IMG/VR virus record: IMGVR_UViG_3300025653_000030
Span: 10,500-74,499 of that record
DNA from: a virus
Taxonomy: Duplodnaviria > Caudoviricetes
Direction: 5' to 3' (one strand)
DNA: 64,000 bases
Positions within the stretch are counted from its first letter, which is position 1. Every line of letters starts with the position of its first letter. Positions 28,685-37,727 of this stretch are shown piece after piece. The notes beneath the pieces were generated by a model, which had not been told where the DNA came from, made no database searches, and saw only the letters and a program-made list of their open reading frames with translations. The position numbers were made by a program, and so were the translations under genes.

Positions 28685-28921
28685 ATGAAAGTAGATATTA
28701 AACCTTTAGTAGAAAATACACCAAACGATTCAGAGTTAGGTGCAAAAGTTAGAAAAATTTATTGGGATAGAATAGATAAAATTAATAAACTTGATAAATG
28801 GGGAGGTACTATCTACGAATCACCAGATGGTGGTAAAACTATTTATGAAAGACCATTTGGCTCTGATATATCAGAAAGAAAATTAGTAAAAGACAAAACA
28901 CAATTAAATTTATTCGAATGA
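28685..28921 (+). CDS. small hypothetical protein
   Basis: IYESPDGGKTIY.R motif recalled from other large phages. Confidence 0.7.
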   Translation: MKVDIKPLVENTPNDSELGAKVRKIYWDRIDKINKLDKWGGTIYESPDGGKTIYERPFGSDISERKLVKDKTQLNLFE

Positions 28922-29535
28922 GATTAGTTAAAGACCCAAATAAATTAAGAAAGGCATTAGAATCTAAGCCTATAAACCAAGAAGATATTGATAAGATATC
29001 AACAACTCTTCTACAAGAATTAACAAGACATGGTGGTATCGGATTATCGGCAAACCAAATTGGTTTAGATGTTCGTGCCTGTGTAATTAATGTTAAAGAA
29101 CCTTTGGTTTTAATTAATCCAAAAGTAGTTGAAGTTTCAAAAGATACAGTTGCTTATGTAGAACAATGTTTATCTTTAGAAAAGACAATGCGTAAACCAG
29201 TTAAAACAGTAAGACATAAATCATTTACAGTAGAGTGTGATAACTTAGGTACTGTATTATTTTCACCAGATAAAAAAGATGGCCCTTGGAAAGACTCTAA
29301 TGAGTTCTTTTCTGATGAGGGATTATTGGAATGTGTTGTAGCACAACATGAGATAGACCATCTTAATGGAGTTCTGATTACAGACCCTTCACGAAGATAT
29401 ACAGAAACAATCACACGAGGAAAGAAATATGGTAGAAACGAAAGGGTAATGGTAAAATTATCCGATGGAACTACTGAATTTATGAAATACAAAAAGGCTG
29501 AACCTCTACTTTCAGAGGGAGCTGAAATCTTATAA
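28918..29535 (+). CDS. def: peptide deformylase
   Basis: GIGLSANQIG, EQCLS, QHEIDHLNG. Confidence 0.92.
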   Translation: MRLVKDPNKLRKALESKPINQEDIDKISTTLLQELTRHGGIGLSANQIGLDVRACVINVKEPLVLINPKVVEVSKDTVAYVEQCLSLEKTMRKPVKTVRHKSFTVECDNLGTVLFSPDKKDGPWKDSNEFFSDEGLLECVVAQHEIDHLNGVLITDPSRRYTETITRGKKYGRNERVMVKLSDGTTEFMKYKKAEPLLSEGAEIL

Positions 29536-29547
29536 AGAAACGAAAAC

Positions 29548-29820
29548 ATGGGAAAACTTATATTTAGCTATACAGACAAGGAGTTTATTGAATACCAAAG
29601 AGAGGCAAACAAAATAGAATTAGATGTGCCTGATGATATGGATATCAATGAATTTAAAGTGATTTGTGTAAGAATGGCATCAGCCATGGGTTATGGTAAT
29701 AAATCAATTACAAAAGCATTTGGTGACTTAGTCTACGGAACAGAAGATAAAGATAATTTAAAAGATTTATTAGATGAACTCAATATCACAAAGATTGGCA
29801 ATAAAAAGATTAAACGATAA
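29548..29820 (+). CDS. hypothetical protein
   Basis: ORF in the operon. Confidence 0.7.
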   Translation: MGKLIFSYTDKEFIEYQREANKIELDVPDDMDINEFKVICVRMASAMGYGNKSITKAFGDLVYGTEDKDNLKDLLDELNITKIGNKKIKR

Positions 29821-30031
29821 AGTTTTAACTCAAACTATACTCGTCCAAACTCTTGTTGATATTATTATTAATAGTGGAATAGTTACCGAACAAGAATTGG
29901 AAAAACAAATAGAAAAAAACATAGAGCAAACTACAAAGTTACTCGAAAGTTTTGAAAAAATGTCTTCAATCGAAGAATCCGAAGATGAAGTTATGAGTAC
30001 TATGTACTTTGGCCCTCAAGGGGAAGCTTAA
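29774..30031 (+). CDS. hypothetical protein
   Basis: ORF overlapping the previous gene by 47 nt. Confidence 0.65.
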   Translation: MNSISQRLAIKRLNDKVLTQTILVQTLVDIIINSGIVTEQELEKQIEKNIEQTTKLLESFEKMSSIEESEDEVMSTMYFGPQGEA

Positions 30032-30049
30032 AAATTTATTACTTTTTGC

Positions 30050-30078
30050 TTGGATATATCGAAAATTTTTCGTATATT
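30050..30078 (+). promoter_or_regulatory. early-type promoter TTGG-N17-CGTATATT
   Basis: Consensus spacing, upstream of the lysozyme-like/sigma operon. Confidence 0.75.
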
Positions 30079-30114
30079 AGTGGAAGTAATTTGTTTATCA
30101 AAAGGTAAAACCGT

Positions 30115-30714
30115 ATGAAAAGACGAATAATATTTACGATGATAGTTTCACTATTATCGTTTGGAATGATAGATTCCGCAATGACAAACGATATACCTTC
30201 TTCTGTATCGTTAGAAAAATTAGAAGAAGAAAGACTACTTCGAGAGATAGAAGAAAAAAGGCTCGAAGAAGAGAGAATCAAACAATATCATGAGGATGAA
30301 CTACAAAGATTCCTAACTGATATAGGACACAGAGAAAGTGGTAACAGATATGATATCACAAACACTTGGGGATATATGGGTAGATATCAATTCGGTAAAT
30401 CAACATTAAAAGGTTTAGGATTTGAAGTTACCAAAAAAGAATTCCTCAATAATCCACAACTACAAGATTCAGCTATGATGGCTTTATTAAATCACAACAA
30501 AGAAAAATTACAAAACTATATTGATATTTTCGATGGTAAAACTATTAATGGTATGTATGTTTCTGAAAGTGGTATATTAGCCGCTGCACATCTTGGAGGA
30601 CAAGGCTCTGTAAAAAGGTATTTTAAGAAAGGTAAAGTATTCTCAGATGCCTATGGTACAAAAATAACATCGTATATGAAACAGTTTAGTGGATACGATA
30701 TAAAATTAAATTAA
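30115..30714 (+). CDS. signal-peptide-bearing lysozyme/lytic transglycosylase-like protein
   Basis: N-terminal signal, coiled coil, RESGNRY…GYMGRYQFG, ILAAAHLGG. Confidence 0.75.
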   Translation: MKRRIIFTMIVSLLSFGMIDSAMTNDIPSSVSLEKLEEERLLREIEEKRLEEERIKQYHEDELQRFLTDIGHRESGNRYDITNTWGYMGRYQFGKSTLKGLGFEVTKKEFLNNPQLQDSAMMALLNHNKEKLQNYIDIFDGKTINGMYVSESGILAAAHLGGQGSVKRYFKKGKVFSDAYGTKITSYMKQFSGYDIKLN

Positions 30715-30718
30715 AGTT

Positions 30719-30994
30719 ATGATAGAATTATTAACAACCTATAATATTATTATAGGAGTTTCCGCCGTATTCAATATTGTTTTACTTATTGGAGTACGAA
30801 ACTTATTGCGTCAAAATGAACAACTCGAAGATAGATTAATAAAAACAATTGATGAAACAAGAGAGGCTGTATCAAAATCACTTGAACAAATGAGACAACT
30901 CGATAACAGAGAAGTTTTTGAAAAGGATGATGAGGTTGGAGTTACTTTCAACGAATTAAAAAAAGTAGTACAAGATTTAAACAACGAATTATAA
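30719..30994 (+). CDS. membrane-anchored coiled-coil protein
   Basis: N-terminal TM helix plus coiled coil. Confidence 0.7.
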   Translation: MIELLTTYNIIIGVSAVFNIVLLIGVRNLLRQNEQLEDRLIKTIDETREAVSKSLEQMRQLDNREVFEKDDEVGVTFNELKKVVQDLNNEL

Positions 30995-30995
30995 T

Positions 30996-31766
30996 ATGCC
31001 ACGACCAAGAAGAAAGAAATCCAAAATATATTTTGGTACACCTGCTCAAGAAGCAATAATTGAATATAACAAATGTAAAGACCCAGCTGAAAGGTCTAAA
31101 ATTTACGAAGAAAGAATTAAATATCCTTTTGAAAAATTAGCAGAGAATGTTTTAAATACATTTAAGTTTTCATATTTTGATGTATCCAAAAAAGATATAC
31201 AAACAGAAGTAGTTTCTACAATGGTAGAAAAAATGCATATGTTTAAAGAAGGTAAGGGTAGAGCCTTTTCTTACTTTACTATTATTGCAAAGAACCATTT
31301 GATTTTAAAGAACAATGGTAACTACAAAAGATGGAAACAAAATTCATTACTATCAGCAATGCCAGAAACATGGAATCCTGAAAATGATTTTTTCGAATCA
31401 GAAGAAAATAATGAGTTTAAAGAATTTAAACAAATAATGTTAAATTATTGGGATAGAAATTTAAATGTTGTTTTTAACAAAAAAAGAGATTTACAAATAG
31501 CAGATGCAATACTTGAATTATTTAGAAGAAGTGAACATATAGAAAACTTTAATAAAAAACATTTATATCTTCTAATCAGAGAAATGACCGATTGTAAAAC
31601 TCACTACATTACTAAAGTTGTAAATGTAATGAAAACACATCAAAAAAGAATGTTGAATGAATATCTTGAATATGGAGAGTTCAACGAAAAAAGAAACAAC
31701 TCTTTTTGGAATAAAGAAGAACCAATTGAAGATGAAAATCCATTTATAGATAATGAATATTTATAA
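30996..31766 (+). CDS. RNA polymerase sigma factor, T4 gp55-like (late)
   Basis: EKLAENV…DIQTEVV…FKEGKGRAFSYFTIIAKN resembles sigma region 2 / gp55 (NPFAYFT-type). Confidence 0.7.
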   Translation: MPRPRRKKSKIYFGTPAQEAIIEYNKCKDPAERSKIYEERIKYPFEKLAENVLNTFKFSYFDVSKKDIQTEVVSTMVEKMHMFKEGKGRAFSYFTIIAKNHLILKNNGNYKRWKQNSLLSAMPETWNPENDFFESEENNEFKEFKQIMLNYWDRNLNVVFNKKRDLQIADAILELFRRSEHIENFNKKHLYLLIREMTDCKTHYITKVVNVMKTHQKRMLNEYLEYGEFNEKRNNSFWNKEEPIEDENPFIDNEYL

Positions 31767-31768
31767 TA

Positions 31769-33493
31769 ATGAAGAAAGGTTATATTTTAGGAATAAGTTG
31801 TGGATATCATGATTCAGCCGCCTCTCTAATAGATGTAAGGACAGGTAGAGTTTTAGGTGCTTGTGAAGAAGAAAGATTTACAGGTATCAAACACGATTAT
31901 TCTTTTCCTCAAAATACAATTGATTGGCTTTTTAGAACTTATAAAGTTAACAATGATGAAGTAGAGGCTATTTGTTTTTATGAAAATCCTGATTTAAAGA
32001 TTGATAGAATACATCAAACTACTAAACGAGGTGGAATATTTAATTTTTTCAAAAGAAGAAATATACTTAAAAGAAATAATTTAGAGTATAAAAAAACAGA
32101 TTCTTTAATAAAAAAAATAGGTGATAAGAATACAAAGATTACATACTTAGACCATCACCTATCTCACTTATCATATTCCTATTATACATCTCCATTTGAA
32201 TCAAGTGCATTATTATCGGTTGATGGTGTTGGTGAATGGGAAACTACTTCATTGGCATTTGGTGATAATAAAAGTATTAAAAAGTTTTCATCTATACAAT
32301 ATCCTCATTCACTTGGTATGTTGTATTCAACAATAACTGCATTCTTAGGATTCAAACCAAACGAAGGTGAATATAAAGTTATGGGATTGGCTCCTTATGG
32401 TACTCATGTATTTTATGAAAAAAAGTTCAACGAGTTAATTAAAGAAACTCAAAATGGATATGAACTTAATATGGAATACTTTGAATATGATTGGTCTGAT
32501 TCACATATGTTTAATGAGAAATTAGGACAACTATTTGAAATACCGAATAGATTACCAGATGAACCTCTTACTGATAAACATAAAAATATAGCGGCTGCTT
32601 TACAATACACATACGAGAAACATTTTTTTAAACTTCTTGATACATTGTATAATACAACCAAATCCGAAAACTTATGTTTAAGTGGTGGATGTGCTTACAA
32701 TGGAACGGCGAATGGAAAGATATTAGAAAAAACAAAATTTAAAAACTTATACATTCCACCAGCTCCATCCGATGCTGGTTCTGCAATTGGATGTGCTTTA
32801 CACTATCTATATAATAAAGATGTAGAGGTTGTAACTAATTTAAGATTCAATAACTCAGTTCCTTTCTTAGGCCCACAATATTCTAATAATGAAATAGCAG
32901 AAGTACTTTCTGAATTTGAAAAGGATGTTTACTATGAAAAGAAACTCATGGAACAAATTACAGATGTTGTTTCAGATGAAATCATTGATGGTAATGTTAT
33001 TGGTTGGGTTCAAGGAAGAATGGAATTTGGTGCAAGAGCATTGGGTAATCGTTCTATACTTGCAAATCCAAGAGACCCTCAAATGAAATCGAGATTAAAT
33101 CGTATGATTAAAAAGAGAGAAGGATTCAGACCCTTTGCTCCAATTGTAAAAGAAGATAAATCAAACTTATATTTTAACTATGAAGATACTGTTCCATATA
33201 TGAATCAAGTAGTAAAAGTAAAAGATGAATTTGTAGAAGAACTACCATCAATAACCCATGTTGATAACTCGGCTAGAATTCAAACATTAAATAAACTTCA
33301 AAATAGATATGTGTACGAGTTGTTAGATAAGTTAGAATCTAAAAACAAATTTCCAATTGTAATTAATACCTCATTCAATTTAAAAGACCAAACAATGGTT
33401 TTAACTCCAACCGATGCAATTAAAACATTTCTAAATTGTGAAATGGACACTCTTGTATTAGGAAACTATATCGTAAAAAAGAAAATACTTTAA
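31769..33493 (+). CDS. carbamoyltransferase (NodU/CmcH family)
   Basis: GISCGYHDSAA, EEERFT.IKH, HHLSH, VDGVGE, GEYKVMGLAPYG, LSGGCAYN, EFGARALGNRSIL, RPFAP, NTSFN. Confidence 0.95.
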   Translation: MKKGYILGISCGYHDSAASLIDVRTGRVLGACEEERFTGIKHDYSFPQNTIDWLFRTYKVNNDEVEAICFYENPDLKIDRIHQTTKRGGIFNFFKRRNILKRNNLEYKKTDSLIKKIGDKNTKITYLDHHLSHLSYSYYTSPFESSALLSVDGVGEWETTSLAFGDNKSIKKFSSIQYPHSLGMLYSTITAFLGFKPNEGEYKVMGLAPYGTHVFYEKKFNELIKETQNGYELNMEYFEYDWSDSHMFNEKLGQLFEIPNRLPDEPLTDKHKNIAAALQYTYEKHFFKLLDTLYNTTKSENLCLSGGCAYNGTANGKILEKTKFKNLYIPPAPSDAGSAIGCALHYLYNKDVEVVTNLRFNNSVPFLGPQYSNNEIAEVLSEFEKDVYYEKKLMEQITDVVSDEIIDGNVIGWVQGRMEFGARALGNRSILANPRDPQMKSRLNRMIKKREGFRPFAPIVKEDKSNLYFNYEDTVPYMNQVVKVKDEFVEELPSITHVDNSARIQTLNKLQNRYVYELLDKLESKNKFPIVINTSFNLKDQTMVLTPTDAIKTFLNCEMDTLVLGNYIVKKKIL

Positions 33494-33527
33494 TTTTACA
33501 ATTTGGTAACAATTTCTTAACATTGGT

Positions 33528-33536
33528 ATATTTATA
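33528..33536 (+). promoter_or_regulatory. late-type promoter motif ATATTTATA
   Basis: Exact intergenic copy upstream of 33551. Confidence 0.6.
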
Positions 33537-33550
33537 CTAAAGGAGGAATT

Positions 33551-33928
33551 ATGAATGAACAATTACTTAAAGTAAAGGTTGTTCAAATAATAGCAATCCT
33601 ATTATTTTCTCTGTGTACCATTCCGCTCTTCGGACAAGAATCCAAAGTTATTACACAGGTAGACAACAATCTTTACGAGTATAGAGCTTACAACGAAGAT
33701 GGTTCTATACACCAAAAAGGAACTTACATCGGAACAGAAGATGGCAAATTATTAGTCCACTCTTATTGGAGTGATGATGTAGGAACAAAGGCTTTGTATA
33801 ACAAAGGAAAGTTAGTTTGGATTAAACCTAAAGGACAACCTCGTTATACTTATGAAGAGATAGAGTTCGAACAAATGAAGGCTCGTATCGCATTCTTAGA
33901 AAATAAACTGGCAAGTTATATGCCCTAA
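33551..33928 (+). CDS. secreted hypothetical protein
   Basis: Signal-like N-terminus; AAGGAGG SD upstream; followed by a terminator. Confidence 0.75.
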   Translation: MNEQLLKVKVVQIIAILLFSLCTIPLFGQESKVITQVDNNLYEYRAYNEDGSIHQKGTYIGTEDGKLLVHSYWSDDVGTKALYNKGKLVWIKPKGQPRYTYEEIEFEQMKARIAFLENKLASYMP

Positions 33929-33957
33929 TCGTAATTCAAAGTGATTAGTACAGTTTC

Positions 33958-33984
33958 AACCCCTCACAACAGAGGGGTTTTTTT
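33958..33984 (+). terminator. intrinsic terminator
   Basis: AACCCCTC-ACAACA-GAGGGGTT followed by a T run. Confidence 0.85.
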
Positions 33985-34130
33985 ATTGACACCCAATATT
34001 GTTTGCCCATTGGGTGTGAAAATCAAAAATGAACTTTTTATTTCATATATATCATAGTTATTAGTGGATATCCCAATGTTTTGCAAGATGGAAAAGTTAT
34101 TAACATTAATTAAAACAAAAGGAGAAACAT

Positions 34131-34361
34131 ATGGAATTTTTGAAAAAAATCGGCTCTTGGGCTGATGAATTAACAAAAATTGGTATTAGTATCGTTGCCT
34201 TAGGAGTTGTACTTGAAGTATTATTCAAAGGAGCAAACATCCCATTCTGGCCAGAAGTATCAGTAGTTGATAACATCATGGGCATTTTAGGAAGTTTGAG
34301 TGCTGAAGGTCTATTAGGACTAGTTGGTGCTTTCGTACTTTACCATATAATCAAGAAGTAA
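34131..34361 (+). CDS. small two-TM membrane protein
   Basis: WADELTKIGISIVALGVVLEVLF…PFW…EGLLGLVGAFVL; GGAGA SD upstream. Confidence 0.75.
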   Translation: MEFLKKIGSWADELTKIGISIVALGVVLEVLFKGANIPFWPEVSVVDNIMGILGSLSAEGLLGLVGAFVLYHIIKK

Positions 34362-34397
34362 TAATTACTAATTGATTCCATAACGCGTTAACAATTT

Positions 34398-34423
34398 AAA
34401 ACCTCTCTTCGGAGAGGTTTTTT
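34398..34423 (+). terminator. intrinsic terminator with cUUCGg loop
   Basis: AAAACCTCTC-TTCG-GAGAGGTTTTTT. Confidence 0.9.
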
Positions 34424-34431
34424 ATTTTACC

Positions 34432-34440
34432 ATATTTATA
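34432..34440 (+). promoter_or_regulatory. late-type promoter motif ATATTTATA
   Basis: Exact copy at the head of the baseplate operon. Confidence 0.65.
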
Positions 34441-34462
34441 TACAACATAATATGGTATAATC

Positions 34463-34879
34463 ATGAGTACAGATTTTGAATTATTTCCTGGCAAAAACTT
34501 AAGTGGATTGTTTAAAGATATCTACGATAATCAACAAAACAAGAAACAAAGAATCTCAGAACTAATTGCTGAAATGAAAAAAGTAATTAGACATGCTGGA
34601 GATATGGCCGTAATTGGTCCAATCATAAAAGATTTAGTTGATACTTCGGTTAAGAATGATGATGCTCTTATTAAGATGGCAGCAATTGCTCAAAGAATTA
34701 TTGGTGCTCAACATAAGGCAGAAGGAGATGCTGGGTTCTTATCAGATGAAGAAAAAGAACAACTTTTAAAACAATTAGATGAAACTATTGCTGAAGTTGC
34801 TGATGAGCAAGAAATAAAAGTTGATGAACTTACAAACGAAATAGAAGAACTGAAACAGAAGGTAAAAACAAATGAGTAG
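34463..34879 (+). CDS. helical hypothetical protein
   Basis: First gene of the structural operon; coiled coil. Confidence 0.75.
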   Translation: MSTDFELFPGKNLSGLFKDIYDNQQNKKQRISELIAEMKKVIRHAGDMAVIGPIIKDLVDTSVKNDDALIKMAAIAQRIIGAQHKAEGDAGFLSDEEKEQLLKQLDETIAEVADEQEIKVDELTNEIEELKQKVKTNE

Positions 34880-36077
34880 ATTAACACAAGCAAATCAAGT
34901 TGTAACTCCATCTGTTAGAAAAAAAGTTTTAATTGGAATAGTTATCGATGTTGTTACAAATGATGAACATCCAATTATAACTGAACCTGCTAAAACATTT
35001 CTTGTAGGAGCAGCTAAAATTAGAAGAGTAGATGATACTTCATCATCACCAAATCAATTAAGATACTATCAACCACATGACCATTCAAATTTAGATTTAC
35101 CTATTGTTGGTGAAACTGTTGAGTTGATAGAAAGAAACAATGCAACAATTGTTTACAGAAGAATAGGAAACAATCAACCTAATAGTGGTAACTTTACACC
35201 CAAAGTAGATAAAGTAGTAAACCCATTTAATGATGATAGTGAAACTGGTGGAGATTATGCAGCTTCATCACAAACAGGTACACCATCATCAAGTGGTGGG
35301 GGTGGGGAATCTGAATTTAAAAATCAATACTTTGAATCAACTCAAGTTAACCCATTAAATCTCTATGAGGGAGATAAAATTATACAAGGTAGATTTGGTC
35401 AATCAATTAGATTTAGTGGATATAATAATGTTGATAATGTTTTAGCTCCAACAATTATTATAAGAAACAGACAAGGGCAAAAATCACTTGATGAAACACA
35501 AGGAGAACCCACTAAACCTATTTATGAAAATATTATTGATGATGGTTCAACTATCATATTAACAAGTGGAGAACATTTATTAGAATTTGCACCAGGTACA
35601 TTAGATACTCCATTAGAAACAGAACCAATATATGCAGAAGAACCTGAACTTAAGGGAACAGACCAAACATTAATTAATAGTGGTAGAATTATATTATCAT
35701 CAAAGGATTCTGAAATGTTATTTTACTCAAAAGGAAATTATTCATTTATATCAGATGGTAAACTTACAATAGATAATGGATTAGATGGAGCTGAAATAGA
35801 TTTAAATGGTGAGTATAGAACCACTACTAATGATAACAATATGTACTTCTTAGGTGGTACTGGTGAGATATATCTTAATACAGAAGAAACAACAGAACCT
35901 TTAGTAAGAGGAGAAACCTTAAAGGGTTTGATGGAACAATTAATTGATGCAATTAATGCACAAGTATTCTCTACTCCATGTGGGCCAACTGCAGTAGGGC
36001 CGAATAACAGAGGTGATTTCAATAAAATAAAATCTAAATTAGTAGAATTCCTATCAACTCTTAATTATACGGAGTAA
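34872..36077 (+). CDS. baseplate hub/spike protein (gp5/VgrG-like)
   Basis: N-terminal OB-like LPIVGETV; GDKIIQGRFGQSIRF; beta-helix-like C-terminus ending EPLVRG…TPCGPT; adjacent to gp25 and gp6. Confidence 0.65.
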   Translation: MSRLTQANQVVTPSVRKKVLIGIVIDVVTNDEHPIITEPAKTFLVGAAKIRRVDDTSSSPNQLRYYQPHDHSNLDLPIVGETVELIERNNATIVYRRIGNNQPNSGNFTPKVDKVVNPFNDDSETGGDYAASSQTGTPSSSGGGGESEFKNQYFESTQVNPLNLYEGDKIIQGRFGQSIRFSGYNNVDNVLAPTIIIRNRQGQKSLDETQGEPTKPIYENIIDDGSTIILTSGEHLLEFAPGTLDTPLETEPIYAEEPELKGTDQTLINSGRIILSSKDSEMLFYSKGNYSFISDGKLTIDNGLDGAEIDLNGEYRTTTNDNNMYFLGGTGEIYLNTEETTEPLVRGETLKGLMEQLIDAINAQVFSTPCGPTAVGPNNRGDFNKIKSKLVEFLSTLNYTE

Positions 36078-36079
36078 TT

Positions 36080-36643
36080 ATGTCTTTCGCAATATTCAAA
36101 CAAAGTATGTTATCATACATGAGTAATCAAGAAAGTATAGAATCATACGATGATTTTGCAGCTAAGATTACCAAAGAGTATGATATGTGTATCAAGAGAG
36201 GATTACAAACTATAAATCAAATTCCCATTCAGAAAGGTAACAACAATCTAATGGAAACTTTAGTTAAAGTTGCTTGTGCAACTGCATTAGGTAAAAAGGA
36301 TGGGTTACATACTTTTGGAGATGATATTGGTAAAGGGGTAGTTGGATATTGGACAGGAGCTGTATTAGTAACTGGTATCCCACCAGTAATTCCAGCACCT
36401 GGTTCTATGTTAAACATTTCAACAACATCAGCACCTGTAACTGTACCTGGTACTTGGTCACCAATCGGCCCATTAAACCCAACCGATAATATAGGTTTAT
36501 TTCTTGATAGATTAATTGCACATATGCAAATTCATATAACAACAGTACAAGGAATTTATGTAACAACTTCTTTATATCCTGGTGCACCACCATTTGTTGC
36601 ACCTGGTATTTTAAATTGGACTGGGTTTACAATACCAGGATAG
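36080..36643 (+). CDS. putative baseplate/structural protein
   Basis: Pro/Gly/Thr-rich, within the baseplate operon. Confidence 0.55.
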   Translation: MSFAIFKQSMLSYMSNQESIESYDDFAAKITKEYDMCIKRGLQTINQIPIQKGNNNLMETLVKVACATALGKKDGLHTFGDDIGKGVVGYWTGAVLVTGIPPVIPAPGSMLNISTTSAPVTVPGTWSPIGPLNPTDNIGLFLDRLIAHMQIHITTVQGIYVTTSLYPGAPPFVAPGILNWTGFTIPG

Positions 36644-36660
36644 ATAAAAATGATAAAGAT

Positions 36661-36669
36661 ATATTTATA
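36661..36669 (+). promoter_or_regulatory. late-type promoter motif ATATTTATA
   Basis: Exact intergenic copy. Confidence 0.6.
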
Positions 36670-36688
36670 TTAAGAACAATAGATTTCA

Positions 36689-37279
36689 ATGATGAATAAC
36701 AAACAATTAATTAAAGTAATAAAGACACTTGTTGAGGCCGAGGTTGCCAAACGACAAGAACATTTTTTGTCTAAAACATTCCCAAAGATTTTAGATGAAG
36801 AAGTTAAGAAACGATTAGCAGAGGTGAAAGGAGGTGTAGTCAGCGTTCCCTCTCCGCAGGTAACTGAGGAGGATGTAATAGACCCATTCGAACAAGCAGA
36901 ATTGGCTTTACAAGAACAAAGACGAGCACCACAAAAACAATTCACCAAGAATCCAGTATTGAATGAGGTTTTAAATCAAACAAAGCCGTTCACTAAGGCA
37001 CAAAGACAAGGTGGACCAGCAGGTAGAAAATCTGTTTTAGATAATTTACCACAACAAGAACCTATTCAAGAAAGTATGGATAAGACAGTTACATTTACAT
37101 CACAAGGAGCAGGAGCAGGAATCGGAGGTATGAGAGCTCAAATGGCATCTAAGATGGGATATGGTGATGTATCAAGAGGGCCAAGTAAACAAGGTTTGGG
37201 AGTAAAAACAGGTTTACCAGGTCTTGATAAAATATTAAATAGAGATAATTCTGAACTTGTAAAAAAGTTCAAAAGATAA
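36689..37279 (+). CDS. hypothetical protein (structural module)
   Basis: ORF in the late operon; 'FTKNPVLNEVLNQT' conserved-looking core. Confidence 0.7.
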   Translation: MMNNKQLIKVIKTLVEAEVAKRQEHFLSKTFPKILDEEVKKRLAEVKGGVVSVPSPQVTEEDVIDPFEQAELALQEQRRAPQKQFTKNPVLNEVLNQTKPFTKAQRQGGPAGRKSVLDNLPQQEPIQESMDKTVTFTSQGAGAGIGGMRAQMASKMGYGDVSRGPSKQGLGVKTGLPGLDKILNRDNSELVKKFKR

Positions 37280-37289
37280 GGAGTAGTTA

Positions 37290-37721
37290 GTGGCTTATAT
37301 TCTTAACAAGAAGTTAGTAAAAGATACTGAAGAGTTTAGTAACTCGGCGTATGGAATTACTTTACCTGTACAGAGAGGTGGTAATGGATACTTTAATCAA
37401 GCATTCACTTCATTTGAGCAGGCAAAAAGTAATTTAAAAAATTTACTACTTACTCGAAAGGGAGAAAGAATATTTCAGCCAAACTTTGGTACTGGTCTTC
37501 ATGAGTTGTTATTTGAACAACTTACTGATGATTTAGAATCGAAGTTAGAAAGTGTAGTTACTGATAGTGTAAACTTTTGGTTACCATACATTGATATTGA
37601 TGAAATTGAAGTAACAATGACAGATGATATGAAGGATATGAATAAAGCTGAAATGTCTATTCAATTCTCAGTAGCTGGACAACCAGAAACTCAAGAAATA
37701 ACATTTACAGTAGGGGAATAA
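37290..37721 (+). CDS. baseplate wedge subunit gp25-like
   Basis: NLKNLLLTRKGERIFQPNFGTGL..LLFE…I..WLPYI; GTG start. Confidence 0.9.
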   Translation: MAYILNKKLVKDTEEFSNSAYGITLPVQRGGNGYFNQAFTSFEQAKSNLKNLLLTRKGERIFQPNFGTGLHELLFEQLTDDLESKLESVVTDSVNFWLPYIDIDEIEVTMTDDMKDMNKAEMSIQFSVAGQPETQEITFTVGE

Positions 37722-37727
37722 TAAAAG

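Noticed and set aside
31769-33493. Carbamoyltransferase as a 5hmC DNA-hypermodification enzyme
   Set aside because: The local ThyA has the dUMP-specific Asn (PFNIASY), a dCMP deaminase is present, and no dCMP hydroxymethylase is seen in the window. It cannot be excluded for the rest of the genome.
36730-36890. Patch of rare G/C-ending codons in ORF 36689
   Set aside because: The +1 frame has several stops and no convincing stem was found; the antisense ORF 36670-36948 looks like a mirror-frame artefact
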